64,000 bases of DNA from Puniceicoccales bacterium (lineage in GTDB: Bacteria; Verrucomicrobiota; Verrucomicrobiia; Opitutales; JAIRLG01). Every line of letters begins with the position of its first letter. Within the stretch, counting starts at the first letter, position 1. A program made the translations under genes and the position numbers. Under the pieces are notes generated by a model. The model searched no databases. It was not told the DNA's origin and worked only from the letters and a program-made list of their open reading frames with translations. Of the stretch, positions 1 to 8,814 are shown one piece after another. The stretch covers positions 27,861 to 91,860 of the forward strand of contig JAITRB010000003.1 in the NCBI GenBank assembly GCA_031288595.1, read 5' to 3'.

Positions 1-1
1 G

Positions 2-1060
2 ACGACGCCCGAGACCTACAACGGGATGAAGGAGACCATGTTGGCCTACGAGCACCAGGGTCTCGCCTTTTCCCGCCACGCAGTGGCCATCACCTGTAGG
101 GATAGCCTGCTTGACCAGGAGGCTCGACGGGAAGGTTGGCTGCATGTCTTTCCCCTGTGGGAGTGGGTCGGTGGCCGGACCAGCGTCATGTCGGCGGTGG
201 GCCTACTGCCACTGGCACTTCTCGGCATCGACACGAGCTCCTTTCTAGACGGCGCACGCGCGATGGATCGCCTCACGCGCGGAACGGATGAGAATAATCC
301 CGCCATGCGTCTGGCCCTGGCCTGGTATGTGGCCACGAAGGGAAGAGGCGAGAAGGCGATGGTCATTATTCCCTACAAGGATCGCCTCTCCCTGCTGACC
401 CTCTATCTCCAGCAGTTGGTCATGGAATCGCTGGGCAAGCGCACGGACTTCGATGGCCATCTCGTGCGGCAGGGCTTGACGGTTTATGGGAATAAGGGCT
501 CGACGGACCAGCATTCCTATGTCCAGCAACTGCGCGACGGCCTGCAGAACTTCTTCGTCACCTTCGTAGAGGTTTTGAGAGATAGGGAAGCATTCGGCCA
601 TCGGACGCTGCTGCCGGTGACGACGGGCGACTATCTGGAAGGATTTTTGCTGGGCACGCGGGAGGCCCTGATGGAGGAAGCCTGCGATTCGATAACCCTC
701 ACGCTGCGGGAGCTGAATGCAGCTTCGATAGGGATGCTCATCGCCCTCTATGAGCGGACAGTAGGGTTTTACGCCCAACTCATCCGCGTCAATGCCTATC
801 ACCAGCCAGGTGTGGAGGCGGGCAAGAGGGCAGCCCAGGCGCTGCTGCAGATGCAGGAGGTCCTTCACGGGATCTTCGAATCGGCGGAGGCGGGTAGCGA
901 CTGGAGTGTGGAGGAACTGGAGGAGGAGCTACGGGCAAGGGGGAAGCTGGTGGAATTCGAGCTCATCTTCAAGATTCTCGAACACCTGGTTGCCAATAGC
1001 CGCCTGCGGGTCAGTCGTTCTGCACACATCGGCGATCAGCGCTATGCGAAGAACGCTTGA
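2..1060 (+). CDS. pgi: Glucose-6-phosphate isomerase, C-terminal part (5' end lies upstream of the window)
   Basis: The frame is open from nt 2. The translation has PGI-type segments (GGRTSVMSAVGLLPLAL, STDQHSYVQQLRDG, NAYHQPGVEAGK). Confidence 0.8.
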   Translation, partial: TTPETYNGMKETMLAYEHQGLAFSRHAVAITCRDSLLDQEARREGWLHVFPLWEWVGGRTSVMSAVGLLPLALLGIDTSSFLDGARAMDRLTRGTDENNPAMRLALAWYVATKGRGEKAMVIIPYKDRLSLLTLYLQQLVMESLGKRTDFDGHLVRQGLTVYGNKGSTDQHSYVQQLRDGLQNFFVTFVEVLRDREAFGHRTLLPVTTGDYLEGFLLGTREALMEEACDSITLTLRELNAASIGMLIALYERTVGFYAQLIRVNAYHQPGVEAGKRAAQALLQMQEVLHGIFESAEAGSDWSVEELEEELRARGKLVEFELIFKILEHLVANSRLRVSRSAHIGDQRYAKNA

Positions 1061-1112
1061 CAATATCGGGAGCAGGCCGAGCCTTGGTCCCTCATGAGAG
1101 GAGGTGAGCGAA

Positions 1113-1313
1113 ATGTCCGTTGAAGTGAAGCTGCGCAAGGGTGAGAGCATCGACAAGGCCCTGCGGCGTCTGAAAAAAAAGCTGGACCGCGAGAACATTA
1201 TCAAGGACGTGCGGGCGAAGCGCTTTTTCGAAAAGCCATGCGAGCGCCGCCGCCGCAAGGAGAAGGTCGCTAAGTTCAACAACATGTTGCGCCTGCGCTA
1301 CGAAAACGCCTGA
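1113..1313 (+). CDS. rpsU: 30S ribosomal protein S21
   Basis: MSVEVKLRKGESIDKALRRLKKKL... is a typical S21 sequence. ATG 1113 lies 5 nt after SD GAGGAGGTGA. The track ORF starts at the upstream GTG 1104. Confidence 0.9.
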   Translation: MSVEVKLRKGESIDKALRRLKKKLDRENIIKDVRAKRFFEKPCERRRRKEKVAKFNNMLRLRYENA

Positions 1314-1407
1314 GTCTGGTGCAGACTTATAGCGGTCTCTGAAGGACTGGAGTTTTAGAAGATGTCGGGTAGGATCTCTTTGGGTATCCTAAGAGTGGGG
1401 AGGTGGT

Positions 1408-1502
1408 GCCGCCTTAAAGCCCTTTGGGCTTGCCCGCGAAGCGGGCATGCGACTAGGTAAACGAAGGCCTTAGGCCTTTGTTTGCCTAGTCGCTAAGGCG
1501 GC
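1408..1502 (-). repeat. Cloverleaf palindromic repeat CLR-A, copy A1 (inverted order H3-H2-H1 on + strand)
   Basis: Outer stem gccgcctta/taaggcggc. Hairpins are aagccc-ttt-gggctt, tgcccgc-gaa-gcgggca, and the long gcgactaggtaaac..gtttgcctagtcgc with inner aaggcc-tta-ggcctt. Confidence 0.8.
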
Positions 1503-1607
1503 GGAGCCTCTGAGCCTGCTTCCACTCCGGTGCTGAAAAAAGTGCCTTTTGAGTTTGAGATTGACCGTAATGGGGCAAAACCTAGTGCTGGTCCTTGTTT
1601 TTTCAGA

Positions 1608-1698
1608 GGAGAGATGGCAGAGCGGTCGATTGTGCAGCACTGGAAATGCTGTGTACCTCTTAAGGGTACCGAGGGTTCGAATCCCTCTCTCTCCGCCA
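1608..1698 (+). tRNA. tRNA-Ser (anticodon GGA), class II with long variable arm, CCA encoded
   Basis: Acceptor GGAGAGA/TCTCTCC. Anticodon stem CAGCA/TGCTG with loop CTGGAAA. Variable stem GTACC/GGTAC. T arm GAGGG-TTCGAAT-CCCTC. Confidence 0.9.
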
Positions 1699-2091
1699 GT
1701 ATCTACTTTTATGACAAGTGCTTCTTTTGCGACGTTCACTTGCTTGGTATGACGGGAGTTTTAGAAGATGCCAAGATGCAAGAAGGGATAGGGCGAGACG
1801 GGGGTGCGACGTGCTACGCTAGTGCTGTGGCCGATCCTGACGACTGCTTCGCCCAAGGAATACAAGGGGATAAATGCACCCCGTACTGCTGTCGGCTGAC
1901 GCTGCATTACGCCGACCCACGACGGGCAGTTGCCGGAGGGCCAACTATCGACCACCTCCTTCGATTCATGGAGGAGAAACGCCGGCAATCCTTTTCCCCA
2001 TAATGGAGAAATAATTCCCTAAACCCTTCCACTTCTTCTGCCTCCGCGCTCCGTCCATCCCTTTGCTCCCATTTTCGACGAGTATTCGAAA

Positions 2092-2532
2092 GTGCTCATC
2101 TTGGGCACGTTCCCATCCGTGAAGTCGAGGGAATCCGGTTTCTATTACGGCCATCCGCAGAATCGATTTTGGAAACTGCTCGCCGTTCTCACGGAGACGA
2201 AGGCGCTTCCGTCCAGTATCGAGTCTAAAAAACAGATCTTGCTGAAGAGCGGAATCGCCCTCTGGGATGTGGTGGCCAGCTGCGAGATCCAGGGTTCCAG
2301 CGACCTCAGCATAAGCCAGGTCGTGCCCAACGATTTGTCCGCCCTTCGGGAAAGGGCAGCGGTGAAAAAAATATTTGCCAACGGCGACAAGGCCTACAAG
2401 CTCTACGGGAAATTTTGGAGCGACTCCATCGAAAAGCTCCCTTCGACGAGTCCCGCCAATGCGAATTACTCCTTTTCAGCGCTCCTAGAAAAATGGAAGG
2501 CTCTCTTGCCCTACCTCGAAAAGATCTGTTAA
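2092..2532 (+). CDS. Hypoxanthine/uracil-DNA glycosylase superfamily protein (UDG family 6-like); true start probably upstream of the GTG
   Basis: ILGTFPSVKSRESGFYYGHPQNRFWKLL, IALWDVVASCEIQGSSD and LPSTSPANA match this family. Homology-like sequence (HPFAPIFDEYSK) continues upstream in frame to about 2053. Confidence 0.75.
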   Translation: MLILGTFPSVKSRESGFYYGHPQNRFWKLLAVLTETKALPSSIESKKQILLKSGIALWDVVASCEIQGSSDLSISQVVPNDLSALRERAAVKKIFANGDKAYKLYGKFWSDSIEKLPSTSPANANYSFSALLEKWKALLPYLEKIC

Positions 2533-2671
2533 AAGTCTGAGTTTTCTCCTGGGGAAAGTGTTCTCGGAAAAGCGGACAGCGGACTCTTTGCTTCTAAAAA
2601 TGCTGAAGACGCTGAAAATTAAAAGCTTTCGAGACTCGGTTATTCACCGGCTGACCGCGGAACGGATCATC

Positions 2672-2746
<75 letters not shown>

Positions 2747-2864
2747 GAGGGATGTATGGAAACAAAGAGAAGGGACCAAGAGGCGCAAGCCGTTTCTGGG
2801 TAGGACGAAAATCTGCTTTAGTTTTTAGATTTTCATGCCAATTTAAATCTGGATTGGGCTTGGG

Positions 2865-5800
2865 ATGGGAAGGGGGAAACAAACATACGCGCCCAGTGGG
2901 GGATTTTCGATGCTCCTGGTGCTGAGCTCGATCACGGTTCTGCTGCTCTGGATCATTTTCATCAATTTCTGCTCGGTCTTTGTCCGTGAACGCCAGCAGA
3001 AACATCGCTCCCATGAGCGTTTGCAGCTATGCGCGGAGTATGCGCTTCAAGATGCCCTGCAGCACCTGCAGTCCGCCGCCGCAGCGGACCAAAGGGTAAG
3101 CGCCAGGGCAGAGATTTTTGATGCTACGGATGATGGGGTGCCGGAATCACAGCGCCTCTGGACGGGGGTCTGGCGTACGGAGCTGGAAGGGAGGGTGCAG
3201 GATACTCCCCAATTCTTCTCCTGGTTGGTCTCCCATCCCCATGAAGCGGGTGCTTGCCAATACATCCACAACGAGGCTTTTCCCCGCACTCAGCTGGAGG
3301 ATAAGAACAGCTATGCCTGGTCTTCCGATGAATGGAATTCTCCGCAGGTGATTCGCGCGCCCTGGGTCGACATAAGGGACAGCGAATCCCATCTCATCGG
3401 TCGCTATGCCTATTGGATCGAAGATGAGAGCCAGAAGGCGTGCTGCACGCTGCCACATCGGGAAAATTTGGAGGCCGAGGTGCTGCGTTCCTGTCCTCCG
3501 CAGAACGGCACTGACTTTCTGGATGGATTGTCGAGATTTCCCCAGAGTTCGCCGCAGTTGTCCTCCTGCGAGACATTGGAAGAGCTCGAGGCTCGGCATC
3601 CGGATTTTCAGGTGACGGGCAGTGACAATCCTTCCATCCGCAGCTTGCGTTTCTATGAACATGATTTAAGCTGCTGCTCCAAGGGGCTTTTGACGGACTC
3701 CTGCAACGGAGGATTCAGAAAAGACCTGACAGCTTTCTTTCAAGAGGCTGCGCCTGCTCCTCCCTATCCGGCGCTGACGGAGGAGATTTTTCGCGTCGAA
3801 AATGCAGATCCCGAACCGGCGCCGAGCTGGGGAATCCTGAGAAATTTTGCCCGATTGGGCGAAGGGGTTGTTTCGGGAAAACGGGAAGCTCAACTGGCGA
3901 CCAAAACCTATACCCCCATCGATTACAAGGATTACAGCTCCTGGCAGCGCAGCGATCTACCCCGAGAGGAACTGCAGATTCCCGAAGTCTCTCCGCTGGC
4001 TCCCATCATCACTCATTTTTCCCTACTCATACGCGTGAAGAAAATGGCCTTGGATACTTCCTCTGGAAATGGGAGCCTTCGCTTCGAGTTCATCCCGCAG
4101 CTGACGCTCTACAATCCGCACAACGTCACCCTGAATCCCCGCACCTATCGCTTCAGTTATAAGAGCCTGAAGGACAGGACCCCTCAGGCAGCGATAAGGG
4201 CCGTTCTTTTGAGTCCTGGCACTGCAGAGGAATCTAGGGTTACCCTGGCGCTTGGCGGTGCTTCGGGTATATTTTGGGAACTGCTCTCCTGCACCGCGAG
4301 TGTTGGGGAATTACCGGCCGGACAATCGGTGACTATGGGTTTAGGAGATTCCTGGCCATCGACGGAGATGAATGGCGGAAAAGCATTGCTGAGCGGAGGG
4401 CAGGGGGCATTTACCCATGACTGGAATTTCAGGCTGCAGGATATTTCGCCATGGTGGGCCATGTCTCTCTCCTCTTTTGCACTCGTTGTAGAACGCATCC
4501 CTGGTATTACTGCGGGGAGTGGAAGCATGAGCAATGGCTGGCAGCACTTCTACCTCTTTCTTCAGGACGAAACGTCACTGGCGCAGGAAGTGGCCAAGGT
4601 GCAGATCGAGGATGGTTCATCGAGTGCCCCCAAGAGTGTGGAACAGAAGCTGCTCTCGATGCCGCTCGATATGTCCTCTGTGCCGCTCTTCGGTCTGTCG
4701 GCCTGCCTCAAATCCGATCGAGAGGTGGATTGCAGCGGCAATAACGGCATGCGCTGGCTGGCGGAGGGCAATCCCCGCGCTTCATGGATGGGCCGTTCCC
4801 AGCTTCAGGATGGGGACTATATGGCTCCCAATCCCATGATTCCCGCAATTGGCAATGCCGGACTTTCCAACTGGCACTGGTCAGCCAAGTGGTTGCCGAC
4901 AGACAATCTTTCCAATTTGAATGTCCTGCCTCCAGGAAATAGTTTTTCTGGCATCCTCTTTGATATTCCCCGTAAGGATTTCGGTGTTTTGAATCTAGCC
5001 TTTCTGCAGCACGCCAACGTCACGCCCTTCGGCTATCATCCGGCCTATGCCATCGGCAATTCCCTACAAGCACCGCGCATCGCGAGAGAGGCTGCTTTTC
5101 GAAAAAATTCTGCCGGCCCGCTGTGGGTTTCGCACTGCAAGGTGGAAATGCTCTACGATTACTCTTACCTGCTCAATCGGGCCCTCTGGGACAGCTATTT
5201 CCTCTCGGCTGTAAGGGATGGGAAATCGCTCAACCCGCGTCTATGGCCCTGGAAGGTGAAGGAAGATTTAGGCAATATTCTCAATCCCTGGAATGATAGG
5301 GCCTCCAGGCTTTACATCCGCGGCGCGTTCAATGTTCACAGTACGTCAGTATCCGCCTGGTTTGCGGTGCTCTGCGGGCTCTACGACTCCAGGGAGGATA
5401 AGGTCTCTTTCGGAAGATTTCCAGGCAAGAGCACGGGAAGGATTCAGCTCTCCCGGGATCAGTTATGGTCGTTGGCAGAGGGAATTGTCGTGGAGGTGAA
5501 GCGGCGCGGCGTTGTTTCCGGACTCTCCGATTTCATCAACCGCAGATTGGTCGATAAAAATTCTCCCCAAGCGGCCCAGGGCCTGAAGGGGGCGTTACAG
5601 ACGGCCATCGATGCGAGTCTGCACGGCGCTGAAGTGCAGGTAAATTCCACTAGGGACATGGCCGGTTTTGACGACGAGGCGGCCAGCGGCGATCGGTCAT
5701 TTGGCAGAGCGGACTACCTGACGCAGGCGGATCTCCTGCAGTCGCTGGGAACTTTTCTGACGGCCAGGGGAGACAGCTTTACGATTCATGTCTGCACTGA

Positions 5801-5939
5801 GCTGCTCAGTCCGCAGGGGCAGAAGATCCGCGGTCTTCGTGCCGATGTGAAGGCGCAGAGAATGCCGGACTACCTAGATCCGAGCCATCCGCAGCAGGGA
5901 CGAAGGTTCATCTTACGCCCTGTTCGCTGGTCGAGATAG
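2865..5939 (+). CDS. Large (about 1010-1024 aa) membrane-anchored protein with a GspK/pseudopilin-like N-terminal hydrophobic segment; function unknown
   Basis: The N-terminus ...GGFSMLLVLSSITVLLLWIIF is a prepilin-like segment without Glu+5. The motif RYAYWIEDESQKA recalls large verrucomicrobial 'cassette protein A'/GspK-like proteins (from memory, not verified). Confidence 0.45.
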   Translation: MGRGKQTYAPSGGFSMLLVLSSITVLLLWIIFINFCSVFVRERQQKHRSHERLQLCAEYALQDALQHLQSAAAADQRVSARAEIFDATDDGVPESQRLWTGVWRTELEGRVQDTPQFFSWLVSHPHEAGACQYIHNEAFPRTQLEDKNSYAWSSDEWNSPQVIRAPWVDIRDSESHLIGRYAYWIEDESQKACCTLPHRENLEAEVLRSCPPQNGTDFLDGLSRFPQSSPQLSSCETLEELEARHPDFQVTGSDNPSIRSLRFYEHDLSCCSKGLLTDSCNGGFRKDLTAFFQEAAPAPPYPALTEEIFRVENADPEPAPSWGILRNFARLGEGVVSGKREAQLATKTYTPIDYKDYSSWQRSDLPREELQIPEVSPLAPIITHFSLLIRVKKMALDTSSGNGSLRFEFIPQLTLYNPHNVTLNPRTYRFSYKSLKDRTPQAAIRAVLLSPGTAEESRVTLALGGASGIFWELLSCTASVGELPAGQSVTMGLGDSWPSTEMNGGKALLSGGQGAFTHDWNFRLQDISPWWAMSLSSFALVVERIPGITAGSGSMSNGWQHFYLFLQDETSLAQEVAKVQIEDGSSSAPKSVEQKLLSMPLDMSSVPLFGLSACLKSDREVDCSGNNGMRWLAEGNPRASWMGRSQLQDGDYMAPNPMIPAIGNAGLSNWHWSAKWLPTDNLSNLNVLPPGNSFSGILFDIPRKDFGVLNLAFLQHANVTPFGYHPAYAIGNSLQAPRIAREAAFRKNSAGPLWVSHCKVEMLYDYSYLLNRALWDSYFLSAVRDGKSLNPRLWPWKVKEDLGNILNPWNDRASRLYIRGAFNVHSTSVSAWFAVLCGLYDSREDKVSFGRFPGKSTGRIQLSRDQLWSLAEGIVVEVKRRGVVSGLSDFINRRLVDKNSPQAAQGLKGALQTAIDASLHGAEVQVNSTRDMAGFDDEAASGDRSFGRADYLTQADLLQSLGTFLTARGDSFTIHVCTELLSPQGQKIRGLRADVKAQRMPDYLDPSHPQQGRRFILRPVRWSR

Positions 5940-6041
5940 AGGAAATTTTCGGCCGTTCGCCTCCATTGAATGGATCTTGGATATTTAGGTAAATCCACAG
6001 GATGGAAATTGACCTCTGAACGGGCTTCTCTTTCCTCTTGA

Positions 6042-6371
6042 TTGCCAATGGATGTGAAGGGTTTGGGTTCTATTTTTTCCTCTCAGGAGTTCGTGATGCT
6101 GCTCAAGACCCTCTGTTTCCTGGCCCTAGTGGCGCTGGGGGGGTGTTTAGCGGTCTATTTCCACCGTCGACGCTGGTTCACGAGGGGGGAATTGTCTTTA
6201 TCGGGAAAGAGGGGAGAGGAAGGCATCGAGATCCTTGACCGGAAGTGGCTGGGGGGCCGGCAGTACCTGAGTCTGATTCGCTGTGGTCGGAAGAAGGTGC
6301 TCGTCGGCATTAGCCGTGACCGAATCGTGCGACTCCTGGAAATCGGGTCTGGGGAAGATGAGTCCTCCTGA
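6042..6371 (+). CDS. Small single-pass membrane protein with FliO-like architecture
   Basis: It has a TM segment (LLKTLCFLALVALGGCLAVYF) followed by IEILDRKWLGGRQYLSLIRCGRKKVLVGISRDRIVRLLEI. This resembles the FliO C-terminal pattern, but the similarity is weak. Confidence 0.3.
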   Translation: MPMDVKGLGSIFSSQEFVMLLKTLCFLALVALGGCLAVYFHRRRWFTRGELSLSGKRGEEGIEILDRKWLGGRQYLSLIRCGRKKVLVGISRDRIVRLLEIGSGEDESS

Positions 6372-6408
6372 GAAAATTTGGGGGTATTTGGGGCGTGATG
6401 GAATGTCT

Positions 6409-6504
6409 GCCGACTGGCTTTGCCATGGGCGAAGGGCAGCTGCCCTTCGCCCCTGGCGGCCCGCGCAGCGGGCCCGATTTCTCCGAAATCGAAAGCCAGT
6501 CGGC
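6409..6504 (+). repeat. Cloverleaf palindromic repeat CLR-A, copy A2
   Basis: Outer stem gccgactggcttt/aaagccagtcggc. H1 is ggcgaagggcag/ctgcccttcgcc (perfect). H2 is ggcccgc-gca-gcgggcc. H3 is cgatttc-tcc-gaaatcg. Confidence 0.85.
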
Positions 6505-6557
6505 GGGAAATAGCCATAGGCGTATTTTGCTCTTCCCAAGGACCTTGGGCTCTTTTT

Positions 6558-7418
6558 ATGCCGGCGATGACTCTATCTTCTCTGTTGGATCGGGCCGTGC
6601 GTTTTCTGCAGGGCCGAGGCGTGGCAGCGGCACGGGTCGAGGTCGAATGTCTGCTGGCCCATGTACTGGATTGCCGGCGCTGCGAACTCCATCTGCGCCT
6701 GAGGGAAAAGGTCGAACGGGCTCTGCTGGCTGAATTTCTTCCCCTATTGCGCCGCCGTGGCCGGCGCGAACCGCTGGCTTATATTCTGGAGGAATCCGAC
6801 TTCCATGAGCTCTCGCTGCGCTGTGACCGGAGGGCGCTCATCCCGCGACCCGAAACGGAAGAGCTGGTCGAATGGCTGCTGGATCGATGGGAAAAAAATC
6901 CTCCGGCCCATGTCTTGGATCTGGGGACCGGCAGCGGGGCCATTGGCCTTGCCCTAGCCAAGGCTTTCCCGAGTAGCCGCGTGACGGCCGTCGACATCGA
7001 TCCGGAAGCATTGCTGCTGGCGAAGGAGAACGCAGAGAGCAATCGAGTGAGCAACATCCACTTCGTCCGCTCGGATTGGTTCGAGAAAATCAGGGGTCGC
7101 TTCGACCTGATCGTGGCAAACCCTCCCTACCTGACGGCGGAGGAGCTGGAGAGTGCCGAGCCGGAGGTTCGGGATTATGAGCCGAGAAGAGCGCTGGGCG
7201 CAGCTGAGGAGGGACGTGCCGAGCTGCTACGCATCTTGAGGAACGCGAGAGATTTCATGACCCCCTCGGCCTGGCTGGTGATGGAAATGGGCATCGCCCA
7301 CGGGGAGCTTCTGAAGGGAGAAGCCGAAAACTTGGGCTTCTCCACCGTGCGAATTCGCCACGACCTTTCGGGTCGACCGCGCTTTTTCCTGACGAGTCAA
7401 GGGCCGCTTGCGTTCTAG
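6558..7418 (+). CDS. prmC: Peptide chain release factor N5-glutamine methyltransferase
   Basis: It has the SAM motif VLDLGTGSGAIG and the catalytic IVANPPYL (NPPY). The start is moved to ATG 6558 because the track's 6420 start reads through repeat A2. Confidence 0.85.
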   Translation: MPAMTLSSLLDRAVRFLQGRGVAAARVEVECLLAHVLDCRRCELHLRLREKVERALLAEFLPLLRRRGRREPLAYILEESDFHELSLRCDRRALIPRPETEELVEWLLDRWEKNPPAHVLDLGTGSGAIGLALAKAFPSSRVTAVDIDPEALLLAKENAESNRVSNIHFVRSDWFEKIRGRFDLIVANPPYLTAEELESAEPEVRDYEPRRALGAAEEGRAELLRILRNARDFMTPSAWLVMEMGIAHGELLKGEAENLGFSTVRIRHDLSGRPRFFLTSQGPLAF

Positions 7419-7951
7419 GGCTTTTCGAGAAATTTCGGCGTTTCCTGCGGCGCAATTGCCCGAGACAGCAGCGGCGCTGACAAGTGCTGCGAGCGCAGAA
7501 ATCCGCTTACGAAAAGGTGAATCTTTAGCTTTTTCGCCACCCCAAGCTCATCGACCAGGAGGCGCTGCAGTTCGAACTGGAGACGCGAGCCCAGGTCCTG
7601 CAGCGACTGCTGTTGGAGCATTTTGAAGTAGATGCTGAGCTCGATGCGACGGTGCTGGACTCGGATGACGATGTGGGGTCTCGTCCGGATGCCCTGGTCG
7701 AAGCAGGTCTGGATGAGGAGGTCTTTGAGGGCTGATTTCTGCAGGAATATCTTCCCCACCTTTCCCTGTACAAGACAGAGCTTTCGGTAGGGATGCACCA
7801 AGAGGTGGTAGACGCGCAGGAGAATCCAAAGGAGAAGGAGATAGCGAAGGGGCAGGCTGTGGTAAATGTCATGGAACAACGAAGCCCAGTCCATATTCCA
7901 CAGAATTTCGTGCAGCTCGAAAAACCAGCGATTGACGGCACCTAAATCCAT
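7415..7951 (-). CDS. Hypothetical membrane protein
   Basis: This is a 178-aa ORF with one hydrophobic segment (LRYLLLLWILLRVYHLLV). It lies 10 nt downstream of sufU on the same strand. I recognise no family. Confidence 0.45.
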   Translation of the reverse strand: MDLGAVNRWFFELHEILWNMDWASLFHDIYHSLPLRYLLLLWILLRVYHLLVHPYRKLCLVQGKVGKIFLQKSALKDLLIQTCFDQGIRTRPHIVIRVQHRRIELSIYFKMLQQQSLQDLGSRLQFELQRLLVDELGVAKKLKIHLFVSGFLRSQHLSAPLLSRAIAPQETPKFLEKP

Positions 7952-7961
7952 GAGTTCTCCT

Positions 7962-8396
7962 TCAATTTTCTTTTCTTACGGCTTCATCAAAAGCATGCCA
8001 GGCCAGTGTGGCGCATTTCACGCGCATGGGAAATTTTTTTACGCCTTCCAAAGCCAGCAGTTCGCCCTGGTTTTGAAAAAATTCCGGATCTCCTCTATCG
8101 CAGAGGGCTGCCTGCAGCTCAGCGGAAAATCGCTGTGCCTCCGCCAAGGTCTGGCCCAGAAGTTTTTCGCTCATGAGGGAGGCGGAAGCCCTGGAGATGG
8201 CACAACCTTCTCCCTGAAAACTGATGTCCTCAATTCTATCCGACTGAATGCGCAGGAAGACCTGAAGCTCATCGCCGCAGTTGGGATTGTGGCCTCTGGC
8301 CCAATGAGTGGCATCGCTCATCGCCTGGGCATGGCGTGGGTGGCGATTGTGCTCCAGAATGATCTCCTGATAGAGCTCTTGCAGTGGACTGTCCAT
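7962..8396 (-). CDS. sufU: SUF-type Fe-S cluster assembly scaffold/sulfur acceptor (SufU/IscU-like)
   Basis: LYQEIILEHNRHPRH, NPNCGDEL, GEGCAISRASASLM and RVKCATLAWHAF are typical SufU/NifU-N motifs. Confidence 0.8.
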   Translation of the reverse strand: MDSPLQELYQEIILEHNRHPRHAQAMSDATHWARGHNPNCGDELQVFLRIQSDRIEDISFQGEGCAISRASASLMSEKLLGQTLAEAQRFSAELQAALCDRGDPEFFQNQGELLALEGVKKFPMRVKCATLAWHAFDEAVRKEN

Positions 8397-8539
8397 CGAT
8401 GGCGAGAAGAGTGAGGTGAGAATTTTTTTAGAGAAAAGCTTTTAGCGAAAGGCAATGGGAAAATTTTTTTAAAACCCTTCGGAAGGGAATGCATTGCCTT
8501 GAAAGTGTTTCCCAGGCGCCTTAGGGGAGGCGTTTATTT

Positions 8540-8799
8540 TTGTTCACAGGGTTGAGGTGAATAACCTGTGAATATTTTCCGCTTGAGACAGAGACTTTTC
8601 TCGCATAGCCCCCTCCTCGGGGCTTCCCATTCAGGCGATGAGGAAAGATTAAGCCCCTGGTCTTTCTCCCACAAATCCTAGGTTGGATGCGTGATAAGTG
8701 TTGTTTTTCAATCGGAATGAGATCCCTGTGTGCCGCCGGAAGAGGAAACCGGGAGTTGACGTCCACGGGCGAATAAGTTTCAAGTAGGGCTGTGAATAA
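8540..8799 (+). promoter_or_regulatory. Cluster of DnaA-box-like 9-mers upstream of dnaA (dnaA promoter region or candidate oriC)
   Basis: TGTGAATAA 8791-8799 has 1 mismatch to TGTGGATAA. TTGTTCACA 8540-8548, GGTGAATAA 8556-8564 and TGTGAATAT 8567-8575 each have 2 mismatches. AT-rich tracts lie at 8421-8475. Confidence 0.3.
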
Positions 8800-8814
8800 C
8801 TTCCAAAACCCCTC

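Noticed and set aside
1771-2040. I considered a possible structured RNA (tmRNA, RNase P RNA or a riboswitch) in the unassigned region after tRNA-Ser.
   Set aside because: I could not find the diagnostic motifs: a tmRNA tRNA-like 3' end or tag ORF, the RNase P GAGGAAAGUCC, or a B12 or TPP box. Only short local stems are present. The region is left unassigned.
6409-6504. I considered whether the cloverleaf repeats are tRNA genes, tRNA pseudogenes or tRNA-derived SINE-like elements.
   Set aside because: Only the topology and size resemble tRNA. The arms carry 3-4-nt loops, so there is no 7-nt anticodon loop. There is no GTTCRANYC T-loop or D-loop consensus, and the outer stems are 9-18 bp.
8521-8766. 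An 81-aa minus-strand ORF lies in the dnaA upstream region.
   Set aside because: It lies in the DnaA-box and AT-rich non-coding gap, has an implausible sequence and has no SD.
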